Below are positions 9,168 to 15,783 of a stretch of DNA of 33,979 nucleotides, in pieces. A program made the position numbers and the translations under genes. Source of the DNA: Acidimicrobiia bacterium (GTDB taxonomy: Bacteria > Actinomycetota > Acidimicrobiia > Spongiisociales > JAENVV01); the NCBI GenBank assembly GCA_040883295.1, contig JBFLKR010000195.1:1-33979 (forward strand), read 5' to 3'. The notes beneath the pieces are model-generated. The model saw only the letters and a program-made list of their open reading frames with translations, did no database searches and was not told where the DNA came from. The number at the start of each line of letters is the position of its first letter. Position 1 is the first letter of the stretch.

Positions 9168-10817
9168 TCAGGCCAAGGTGACCGCGGTGCCGGAGGCGAT
9201 GACGAGGAAGCCCCCGCCGATCTCCTGCACCTCGGTGTGCACCGAGATGACGGCCTCGCCGCCGAGCTGGGCGGCCCGCTCGCGCAGCTGGGCCATCGTG
9301 CGGTCGAGGGCCTCGGCGATCTCGACCTCGTTGGCCGCCGACGCCACGGCGGTCACGACGTCGACCGCCTGGGCGATCGTGGCGCCGGGGACGCTGTCGA
9401 CGGTGAGCAGCGCCGGGGGTCGGTCCTCGTGGGAGGCGGTCTCGGTCACGTAGAGCTCGGGGGCGTCGAGCTTCTCGGTGAGGTCCGGCTCGGTCAGCTC
9501 GATGGCGGGATGGTCCTCGTCGAAGACCGGCTTCCGTGCCGCGGGGGGCACGAACGGCGACGGCTGCTCGAGGGGTTCCTCGGTGGCCACGGGCTCGGTC
9601 GGTTCCATCGGCTCGACCTCCTCGACGACTGGTTCGTGGGCCGGCTCGGGAGCGTCCGCCGCCGGCTCGACCTCCTCGACGACTGGTTCGTGGGCCGGCT
9701 CGGGAGCGTCCGCCGCCGGCTCGGCCACCGACTCGCCCACGGGCTCGTCGACCGGCTCGTCGAAGGGCTCTTCGACGGGGGGTGCGTCGGCAAACGGGTC
9801 GATCGGGGACTCGACGAAGGGGCTCCCCGGGTCGGAGGCACCCACCGGTGTGGTCTCGGCCCACGCCGAGGGGGGCGGGGGCGCCTCGTCGACCGCGGCG
9901 TCCGCCGTGGGCTCCTCGAGGGCGACGGCGTCAGCCACCTCGACCCTCGGCTCGTCCGTACCGGCGTCCTCGATCGGGGCCGGTTCGGTCGCCTTGCGCC
10001 GCCCGAACACCGACAGGCCCGGCAGCCGGAAGCCGCTCGGTTCGTCCACCGTTTCGGGGGTGGCCTCCACTGGTGCGGAAGTGGCGTCGGCGGTCTCGGG
10101 ATAGGTGTCGAGTTGGTCCTCGGGGACCGAGAACATGGGGGCCGGGTCCGTGAGTTGGGGGGCCGAGAGGTCGGGACGCCCCGAACCGGCGGTGGACACG
10201 AAGGTCTCGCTCAGGTCCGGCTCCGACACCTCGTACTCCGGGTCGGGATCCTCGTCGGGCTCGGGACGGACGAGGTCGAATGCCGTCCCGGACTCGAAGG
10301 TCTGGCCCTCGCCGCCCCACGGCTCGGCGGGTTCATCGTCGAGGCCGAGATCGAAACGGGGCGGGACGGGAGTGGTCTCGGGTTCGGGGGTCGGCTCGAC
10401 GCTCGTCTCGGGGGTCGGCTCGGCGACTCCGGCGTCGACGGCCTCGACGGGATCGGCGTCCGTGTCGGGCCCCTCCACCTCGACCGCCTCGGGCGCAGGG
10501 TCGGCCACCTCCGGGCCAACCGTCGGGACCTCGTCTGCGAGGACCTCGTCTGCAGGGACCTCGGCGGCAGGGACTTCCTCGGCAGGGACGTCGGCGGCCG
10601 GAACCTCGTCGGCGGGCGACTCGGGGGTCGACTCCTCCGGCAATGGGACCGGGGGCTCGGGGGCGCGGTCGGCCGCGGTCGGTGCCGGGTTCTGGGGTCC
10701 GGTCTTCACGTCGTCCTCGACGAGCACCGATCCGGGTTCCGAGGATTCGGCGGGCTCCGCCTCGTCGACGGGAGCCGCGGGAATCTCCCAGGGGTCTGCA
10801 GGCTGATGGCTATCCAT
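9168..10817 (-). CDS. Polyacidic Pro/Glu/Asp/Ala-rich protein (disordered region of about 440 aa) with a C-terminal YbjQ/UPF0145 domain
   Basis: The C-terminus GGEAVISVHTEVQEIGGGFLVIASGTAVTLA resembles the YbjQ fold signature. GC3 is high in this frame. GAGGAG lies about 10 nt upstream of ATG 10817. Confidence 0.6.
   Translation of the reverse strand: MDSHQPADPWEIPAAPVDEAEPAESSEPGSVLVEDDVKTGPQNPAPTAADRAPEPPVPLPEESTPESPADEVPAADVPAEEVPAAEVPADEVLADEVPTVGPEVADPAPEAVEVEGPDTDADPVEAVDAGVAEPTPETSVEPTPEPETTPVPPRFDLGLDDEPAEPWGGEGQTFESGTAFDLVRPEPDEDPDPEYEVSEPDLSETFVSTAGSGRPDLSAPQLTDPAPMFSVPEDQLDTYPETADATSAPVEATPETVDEPSGFRLPGLSVFGRRKATEPAPIEDAGTDEPRVEVADAVALEEPTADAAVDEAPPPPSAWAETTPVGASDPGSPFVESPIDPFADAPPVEEPFDEPVDEPVGESVAEPAADAPEPAHEPVVEEVEPAADAPEPAHEPVVEEVEPMEPTEPVATEEPLEQPSPFVPPAARKPVFDEDHPAIELTEPDLTEKLDAPELYVTETASHEDRPPALLTVDSVPGATIAQAVDVVTAVASAANEVEIAEALDRTMAQLRERAAQLGGEAVISVHTEVQEIGGGFLVIASGTAVTLA
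9609..9723 (-). repeat. Perfect 54-nt tandem duplication (2.1 copies) inside the acidic gene
   Basis: 9609-9662 is identical to 9663-9716. It encodes EPAADAPEPAHEPVVEEV twice, in frame. Confidence 0.95.
10526..10615 (-). repeat. Six imperfect 15-nt tandem repeats encoding a 5-aa PA(D/E)EV-type repeat
   Basis: GACCTCGTCTGCGAG-like units run head to tail. The protein reads PADEVPAADVPAEEVPAAEVPADEVLADEVP. Confidence 0.85.
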
Positions 10818-10851
10818 GATGGGCGCGCTCCTCGTCGCGTGCGGGGCGTCC

Positions 10852-10857
10852 TACCCT
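10852..10857 (+). promoter_or_regulatory. -10 hexamer TACCCT, 9 nt before the trmD GTG (leaderless candidate)
   Basis: Reads TACCCT-ccatcggca-GTG with no SD. Confidence 0.45.
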
Positions 10858-10866
10858 CCATCGGCA

Positions 10867-11559
10867 GTGAGGCTGTCCGTCCTAACCATCTTTCCGAGCT
10901 TTTTCGGCGACCCCCTCGCGACCTCGATCGTGGCCCGCGCCATCGAGTCCGGGGCGCTCGAGGTGGAGCTAGTCGACCCTCGCCAGCACACCACCGACGT
11001 CCACCGGTCGGTCGACGACGCACCGTTCGGCGGCGGGGCGGGGATGGTCATGAAGCCGGAGCCGCTGGCCGCCTCCATCGACGAACGACCCGATGCCCAT
11101 GTCGTGGTGCTCGGGCCGGCGGGGACGCCGCTGACCCAGGCCCACCTCGACCGATGGGCGGGGCTCGAGCACCTGCTGCTGGTCTGTGGGCGCTACGAGG
11201 GCATCGACCAACGAGTGGTGGACCACCTCGCCGACGAGGAGGTGAGCCTCGGTGACTTCGTCCTCGCCGGCGGTGAGGTGGCGGCCCTCGCCGTGATCGA
11301 GGGCGTGGCCCGGCTGTTGCCCGGGGTGCTCGGCAACCCCGAGTCGGTGGTCACGGAGTCGTTCCGGGACGGGCTCCTGGAGGAACCCCAGTACACGCGC
11401 CCCGCGGAGTTCCGCGGGTGGCGCGTCCCCGACGTGCTGTTGTCGGGTGACCACGCGGCGATCGCCGCCTGGCGACGGTCCCAACGCGAGGCCCGCACCC
11501 GCGAACGGCGACCCGACCTCTGGGACCGCCAGCAGGCGGACGGGGCCGCCGACGACTAG
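10867..11559 (+). CDS. trmD: tRNA (guanine37-N1)-methyltransferase TrmD
   Basis: Has the VRLSVLTIFPSFF N-terminus, GRYEGIDQRV and SLGDFVLAGGE motifs. GTG 10867 is chosen by homology of the N-terminus. Confidence 0.9.
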   Translation: MRLSVLTIFPSFFGDPLATSIVARAIESGALEVELVDPRQHTTDVHRSVDDAPFGGGAGMVMKPEPLAASIDERPDAHVVVLGPAGTPLTQAHLDRWAGLEHLLLVCGRYEGIDQRVVDHLADEEVSLGDFVLAGGEVAALAVIEGVARLLPGVLGNPESVVTESFRDGLLEEPQYTRPAEFRGWRVPDVLLSGDHAAIAAWRRSQREARTRERRPDLWDRQQADGAADD

Positions 11560-12275
11560 GTCGGGATCCGGCCCGCCTTGGCGGCCCGGCGGATCTCCGG
11601 CGACCAGCCGATCGCCTTCACGACGCCCCGGTTGATCGACCGCAGCGGCTGGGGGAGCGGGCGGAGGAAGTCGACGAAGAAGACGACCCGCTCCTCGTCG
11701 GTGTCGTTCCACACCTGGTGCTCGAAGGTGTCGTCGAAGACCAGGCTGCCGCCCTCGGTCCAGTGGCGGATGTCGTCGCCGACCCGGATCCGGCACTGCT
11801 CCGCCTCGGCCGGGACCTTGAGGCCCAGGTGGTAGCGGAGCACCCCCTTGTAGAACCCGCGGTGGGGTGGGATGTGTTTGCCGGGGGCGAGGATCGAGAA
11901 GAAGGCGGTCGTCATGCCGGGGATCGACCGGGCGATCCGGGCGGTCTCGGGGCAGCGGGCGATGTTCTGGTCGTGGCTGACGCCGTAGCCGTAGAAGGTG
12001 TACGTGCGCCACTTGTCGTCGTCGGTCAGCATCGCCTGGCTCGGGATGAGCTCCTGGAAGAGCGGGATCGACTCCCGGTCCTCGAGGACGGCCTCCAGCT
12101 CGGCCTGGATGAGCGGCAGCTGCGCCTCGACGCCGGGGATCCAGTCGAAGTCCTCGGGGTCGAAGAAGGTGCCGGCCCCGACCTTCGAGTAGTGGTCGAG
12201 GGGCCGTTCGATGACGGGCAGCACCTGGTCCCGTACCCGACCGATGGCCTCCAACGCAGCGCTCCGTTGCGCCAT
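11556..12275 (-). CDS. Aspartyl/asparaginyl beta-hydroxylase family protein (Fe(II)/2-oxoglutarate dioxygenase, LpxO-like)
   Basis: Contains [24 protein letters not shown] and [19 protein letters not shown] motifs. GAGGAGA lies 4 nt upstream of ATG 12275. Its stop shares the tetranucleotide CTAG with the trmD stop. Confidence 0.8.
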   Translation of the reverse strand: MAQRSAALEAIGRVRDQVLPVIERPLDHYSKVGAGTFFDPEDFDWIPGVEAQLPLIQAELEAVLEDRESIPLFQELIPSQAMLTDDDKWRTYTFYGYGVSHDQNIARCPETARIARSIPGMTTAFFSILAPGKHIPPHRGFYKGVLRYHLGLKVPAEAEQCRIRVGDDIRHWTEGGSLVFDDTFEHQVWNDTDEERVVFFVDFLRPLPQPLRSINRGVVKAIGWSPEIRRAAKAGRIPT

Positions 12276-12307
12276 GGCGTCTCTCCTCTGTCCCGTCGAC
12301 TGACCCG

Positions 12308-12313
12308 ATCCTA
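12308..12313 (-). promoter_or_regulatory. -10 hexamer TAGGAT for the hydroxylase gene (leadered, about 25-nt UTR with SD)
   Basis: The minus strand reads CCCTAGGATCG. The same 11-mer occurs at 13457-13467 upstream of the DUF2469 gene. Confidence 0.35.
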
Positions 12314-12353
12314 GGGAGTGCCGCAGCGATTGCCGTTTCGGATCGGGGCCCGA

Positions 12354-12359
12354 TACACT
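12354..12359 (+). promoter_or_regulatory. -10 hexamer TACACT for rplS, followed by a 5' hairpin at 12367-12383
   Basis: The hairpin is CGGACG-CCTCC-CGTCCG, then AAGGAGA and ATG 12404. Confidence 0.35.
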
Positions 12360-12403
12360 TCCCCGTCGGACGCCTCCCGTCCGTGCATCGAAGGAGACCC
12401 CCC

Positions 12404-12748
12404 ATGAACGACCTCGAAGCGGTCGGCCGTGCCTCGCTCCGCGACGACGTGCCCGACTTCCGCGCCGGCGACACCGTGCGCGTCAACGTGCGTGTCGTCG
12501 AGGGTGGCCGTGAACGGGTGCAGGCGTTCGAGGGTGTGGTGATCGCCCGCAACGGCGCCGGCATCAACGACACCTTCACCGTCCGCAAGGTGTCCTACGG
12601 CGTCGGCGTCGAGCGGATCTTCCCGGTCCACGCCCCCATCATCCAGTCCATCGAGGTGCTGCGACGAGGTGACGTCCGGCGCGCGAAGCTCTACTACCTC
12701 CGCGATCGGGTCGGCAAGTCCGCCCGCATCAAGGAGAAGCGGGCCTAG
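12404..12748 (+). CDS. rplS: 50S ribosomal protein L19
   Basis: Contains [38 protein letters not shown] lies 6 nt upstream of ATG 12404. Confidence 0.95.
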   Translation: MNDLEAVGRASLRDDVPDFRAGDTVRVNVRVVEGGRERVQAFEGVVIARNGAGINDTFTVRKVSYGVGVERIFPVHAPIIQSIEVLRRGDVRRAKLYYLRDRVGKSARIKEKRA

Positions 12749-12766
12749 GCCCGTCCGAGCGGACCC

Positions 12767-13387
12767 GTGACCGAGGAGGCGGCGGCCCGACCCGAGCGCA
12801 AGGGCCTGCCGTTCATCGTCGAGTTCCCGCTGCTGGTGCTCGTGGCACTGGCCGTGGCCATCGTCATCAAGACGTTCCTCGTGCAGGCGTTCTGGATCCC
12901 CTCCAGCTCCATGGTCCCGACGCTCGAGGTGGACGACCGTGTCCTCGTCAACAAGCTCGAGTACCGCCTCGGCCAGCCCGAGCCGGGCGACGTCGTCGTC
13001 TTCGAGTCCCCCTACGGCGACGACGAGGTCGACGAGCCGTTCATCGAGGCCTTCGCCCGATCGATCGTGGAGTCCCTCGGCATCCGCACCGCCACGGTGC
13101 CCGACGACTTCATCAAGCGGGTGATCGCCACCGAGGGTCAAGAGGTGGCGATCGTCGGCAACCAGGTGGTGGTGGATGGCGTGGCGCTCGACGAGCCCTA
13201 TCTGCCTGCCGGCGTCGACATGGCCGACATGGAGCCGACCACGATCGGCCCCGACGAGCTCTGGGTGATGGGCGACAACCGCAATCACTCCTCGGACAGC
13301 CGTGTCTTCGGCCCCATCCCCGCCGACGAGGTCGTCGGCCGCGCCTTCGTGGTCATGTGGCCGCTCGACCGCTGGTCGGGGCTGTAG
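12767..13387 (+). CDS. lepB: Signal peptidase I
   Basis: Has an N-terminal TM segment, the IPSSSMVPTL catalytic Ser box, and GDNRNHSSDSR. Confidence 0.9.
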   Translation: MTEEAAARPERKGLPFIVEFPLLVLVALAVAIVIKTFLVQAFWIPSSSMVPTLEVDDRVLVNKLEYRLGQPEPGDVVVFESPYGDDEVDEPFIEAFARSIVESLGIRTATVPDDFIKRVIATEGQEVAIVGNQVVVDGVALDEPYLPAGVDMADMEPTTIGPDELWVMGDNRNHSSDSRVFGPIPADEVVGRAFVVMWPLDRWSGL

Positions 13388-13459
13388 GCCACCTGAACGC
13401 GTCGCACCCGACCGCTATCACTGGGGCGTGATTGTCCCGGGCAACCCCACGGCCGACCC

Positions 13460-13465
13460 TAGGAT
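13460..13465 (+). promoter_or_regulatory. -10 hexamer TAGGAT upstream of the DUF2469 gene (leadered)
   Basis: Lies within CCCTAGGATCG, 26 nt upstream of ATG 13492, with GAGG before the start. Confidence 0.3.
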
Positions 13466-13491
13466 CGACACTCTCCACGACGAGGCGGACC

Positions 13492-13785
13492 ATGGACGAA
13501 GACCTCGAGCGATTCGAGACCGAAGTCGAGCTCCAGATCTACAAGGAGTACCGGGACGTCCTCCCGATGTTCCGGTACGTGGTCGAGACGGAGCGCCGGT
13601 TCTACCTGGCCAACGAGGTGTCGATGGAACAGGTCGAGAAGAAGGGCTCCACCTATTTTCGGATCGAGCTGGAGGACGCCTGGGTGTGGGACATGTACCG
13701 CCCGGCGCGCTTTCTGAAGCGGGTGACGGTGCTCAGCTTCCGGGACGTCAACATCGAGGAGCTGGAGCCCGGCGCCCGACTCTGA
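13492..13785 (+). CDS. DUF2469 family protein (conserved actinobacterial)
   Basis: Contains YVVETERRFYLANEV and AWVWDMYRPARF motifs in the conserved position after lepB. The start was moved to ATG 13492. Confidence 0.85.
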   Translation: MDEDLERFETEVELQIYKEYRDVLPMFRYVVETERRFYLANEVSMEQVEKKGSTYFRIELEDAWVWDMYRPARFLKRVTVLSFRDVNIEELEPGARL

Positions 13786-14096
13786 GCCGGGCCGAGATCG
13801 GTTCCCTGGGTGAGCGCCTGGCCGCCGAGCGCTACGCCGTATGGGGCTTCCGGGTCCTCGGTCGCAACGTCCGCGCCGCCGGTGCCGAGTGCGATCTCCT
13901 CGTGACCGGGACCGCCGGGCGGGTGGTCGTCGAGGTCAAGACGGTCACCGACGGGGACCCCTTCGCCCAGGTGGACGACGCCAAGGAACGGTCGCTCCGC
14001 CGCCTCGCCGTCTCCCTCGGGGCGGCCCGCATCGACGTCGTCGGCGTGTGGCTCGGTGCCGATGGTGCCCGTCTCCACGCCATCCACGGCTGGTGA
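13782..14096 (+). CDS. yraN: YraN family (UPF0102) endonuclease-like protein
   Basis: Contains GSLGERLAAERY...LGRNVRAAGAECDLLV...VVVEVKT. No ATG, GTG or TTG is available. CTG 13782 overlaps the upstream TGA (CTGA), so the start is uncertain. Confidence 0.7.
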   Translation: MSRAEIGSLGERLAAERYAVWGFRVLGRNVRAAGAECDLLVTGTAGRVVVEVKTVTDGDPFAQVDDAKERSLRRLAVSLGAARIDVVGVWLGADGARLHAIHGW

Positions 14097-14115
14097 GCCG
14101 GCGCCAGGGCGCCAC

Positions 14116-15327
14116 CTAGCGCGAGAGTACGCCCAGCGCCGCGATCAGGTGGTCCGGCTCGGGGACGATGACGGCGCCCGGGCAGACGGTGACCACCCGC
14201 TTCGGCAGCTCGTCGTCCTGGGTGACGAAGACCGTGTGGGTGGCGGAGGTCCGCTCCACGACGGCCTCGACCATGGGTACGTCGGAGGCCGTGTCGCCGC
14301 AGACGAGGTGCGGGCCCTCGGCCAGCTCGAGGGCCAGTTCGCGTTCGAGGAGGTCGACGGCGTCCCGCTTGCCGAAGTCGCGGAGGTCGCCGCCGTCGCC
14401 CACGGTGAGGATGACCTCGATGTCGAGTCCCGTGTCCTCGACGACGAGGCGGTCCCCGGTCGGGTCGAGGTCGCGCACCATCCGTTCCACCTGCTCGAGG
14501 AAGGCCGCCGACTCGGCGGGGTCGATCGAGCCGCTGATGTCCTGGCGGGCGACGGTCGTCTGGCCGAACTTGCGCTGGAGGCCGGAGCCGATGAGGCCGA
14601 ATCGTCGGTTCCCGGGCCGACCGACCAGGTCCTCGAGCCGACGGTTGAATCGGTCCAGCAGGGCCTGGTCCTCGTCGGCGATGGGCTGGCGATGCCGCCG
14701 GCCCTCGAGGTCGACGAACTCTCGACCCTTGGAGGCGGCGAGCACGAGGGTCCCGTCCGGGGTCACGCTCACGTCGACGATGCCCGGGTCGGCGAGCGGG
14801 GCCGACGTGATGATGATCGGCGTCTCGCACCGGCGCCTGGCGAATCGGGCGAGGAACACGGCGTTGTAGGCCGATTGGATCGACGAGCGGTACCGGCCGC
14901 AGTAGTTGTTGATGGTGCCGTCGCGGTCGGTGAGGAAGCACGCCAGCGCGACGCCGCCGAGTCGGTCGACGATGGCGCCGACGGGCTCGTCGAAGGTCGC
15001 GTGGAGGCGGGCGAGGTGGTCGAGGAACGCCGCCTCGCCGACATCGAGGTAGACGAGGTCCTTCTCCAACTCCCCGAGCTCGTAGGCGAGGTCGACGTCG
15101 ACGGGCGTGTGGTCGCCCACGAGGAGACGCCGATCGTGGCCCTCACCGTCGATCGTGTCGAGCGAGGCGAGGGCTCGTTGGAGCGAGGCGACGTCGTCCG
15201 GCCGAGGAGGTCGGTCGGCGAGGCGATCGACCACGAGCCGGCGACGAACGGTCGCCGTTTCCTCCATGAGCCCGTAGAACTCGGCCAACGTGCGGACGGT
15301 GCGCAGCTCGATGTCGGTCTCGGCCAT
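14116..15327 (-). CDS. HAD-superfamily hydrolase, C2-cap (IIB, trehalose-phosphatase-like) with an unassigned N-terminal domain of about 130 aa
   Basis: Has HAD motif I FLTDRDGT, motif II IIITSAP, a FGKRDAV lysine motif and motif IV CGDTASD. Start is ATG 15327. Confidence 0.65.
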   Translation of the reverse strand: MAETDIELRTVRTLAEFYGLMEETATVRRRLVVDRLADRPPRPDDVASLQRALASLDTIDGEGHDRRLLVGDHTPVDVDLAYELGELEKDLVYLDVGEAAFLDHLARLHATFDEPVGAIVDRLGGVALACFLTDRDGTINNYCGRYRSSIQSAYNAVFLARFARRRCETPIIITSAPLADPGIVDVSVTPDGTLVLAASKGREFVDLEGRRHRQPIADEDQALLDRFNRRLEDLVGRPGNRRFGLIGSGLQRKFGQTTVARQDISGSIDPAESAAFLEQVERMVRDLDPTGDRLVVEDTGLDIEVILTVGDGGDLRDFGKRDAVDLLERELALELAEGPHLVCGDTASDVPMVEAVVERTSATHTVFVTQDDELPKRVVTVCPGAVIVPEPDHLIAALGVLSR

Positions 15328-15334
15328 CGTCGGC

Positions 15335-15340
15335 AACCTA
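15335..15340 (-). promoter_or_regulatory. -10 hexamer TAGGTT, 7 nt before the HAD gene ATG (leaderless candidate)
   Basis: The minus strand reads TAGGTT-gccgacg-ATG with no SD. Confidence 0.4.
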
Positions 15341-15367
15341 ACTGCCCTGGGCGCCGGGCCCCGGTGG

Positions 15368-15544
15368 TCAGCCCCGGGGCCGCATCCGCAGTTCCTTGAA
15401 CCAGCAGCCGCGGTGCCAGTGGCGGCGGAGGTCGACGGCCTCGTCGGGGATGACGACCACGTGGAAGGTGCCCGGTTCGATGGGCCCCTGGCAGCCCGGG
15501 CAGGTGTAGCGCTTGCGCGCCTGGTGCGGCTGGACCGGGACCAC
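15368..15544 (-). CDS. Small (58 aa) putative zinc-ribbon protein (CPGC ... HWHRGC)
   Basis: The C-terminal part of ORF 15368..15754 reads VVPVQPHQARKRYTCPGCQGPIEPGTFHVVVIP...RRHWHRGCW. GTG 15544 lies 8 nt after the upstream stop. The rest of that ORF is an Arg-rich shadow frame. Confidence 0.45.
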   Translation of the reverse strand: MVPVQPHQARKRYTCPGCQGPIEPGTFHVVVIPDEAVDLRRHWHRGCWFKELRMRPRG

Positions 15545-15552
15545 GGTCTCGG

Positions 15553-15666
15553 TCAGCCCCCGAACATCGCCCACAGCACGAGCCCGGTGGTGAGCGCGAG
15601 GGCCCCGACGACCATGACGACGTCGAAGGCGGTCTTCCTCTGTTCCCGGAAGGGGTTGAAGCCCAT
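15553..15666 (-). CDS. Small (37 aa) single-pass membrane protein
   Basis: Reads MGFNPFREQRKTAFDVVMVVGALALTTGLVLWAMFGG. The ATG is preceded by TACCCT plus 7 nt. Confidence 0.5.
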   Translation of the reverse strand: MGFNPFREQRKTAFDVVMVVGALALTTGLVLWAMFGG

Positions 15667-15673
15667 GGCCGGC

Positions 15674-15679
15674 AGGGTA
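15674..15679 (-). promoter_or_regulatory. -10 hexamer TACCCT, 7 nt before the small membrane ORF ATG (leaderless candidate)
   Basis: The minus strand reads TACCCT-gccggcc-ATG. Confidence 0.4.
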
Positions 15680-15744
15680 CCGGTGGCCCGGGGCTGTCCC
15701 ACAGGACCGGGGATGCCGACGGCATGTCGATCCGACACCGCGTC

Positions 15745-15765
15745 GTTCCGACATTCCGTCGGAAC
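15745..15765. promoter_or_regulatory. Perfect 8-5-8 inverted repeat GTTCCGAC-ATTCC-GTCGGAAC, a candidate operator over the hmuO -35/spacer region
   Basis: It ends 5 nt before the TACCAT hexamer. A further TCCGACA half-site lies at 15731-15737, and a 13-nt palindrome ATGCCGACGGCAT at 15712-15724. Confidence 0.4.
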
Positions 15766-15770
15766 CTCGG

Positions 15771-15776
15771 TACCAT
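15771..15776 (+). promoter_or_regulatory. -10 hexamer TACCAT, 7 nt before the heme oxygenase ATG 15784 (leaderless candidate)
   Basis: Reads TACCAT-gcccggc-ATG. Confidence 0.4.
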
Positions 15777-15783
15777 GCCCGGC

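Noticed and set aside
9609-10615. The tandem repeats considered as a possible CRISPR array or other non-coding array.
   Set aside because: The units are directly adjacent with no spacers. Their periods (54 and 15 nt) are multiples of three, and they lie in frame within a GC3-biased ORF. No cas genes are present.
9237-11255. A 672-aa plus-strand ORF covering the acidic gene and the trmD start.
   Set aside because: It is antisense to a frame with much better GC3 and runs out of frame through trmD. The Gly/Arg/Leu-rich translation has no recognisable motif.
12741-12766. The palindrome GGGCCTAGGCCC and a small hairpin between rplS and lepB, considered as a terminator.
   Set aside because: The stem is too short and there is no U-tract. 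lepB follows within 18 nt and is probably co-transcribed.
15667-15783. An IdeR/DtxR iron box upstream of the heme oxygenase gene.
   Set aside because: Nothing resembling the 19-bp TTAGGTTAGSCTAACCTAA consensus is present on either strand. Only unrelated palindromes are seen, and these are reported separately.
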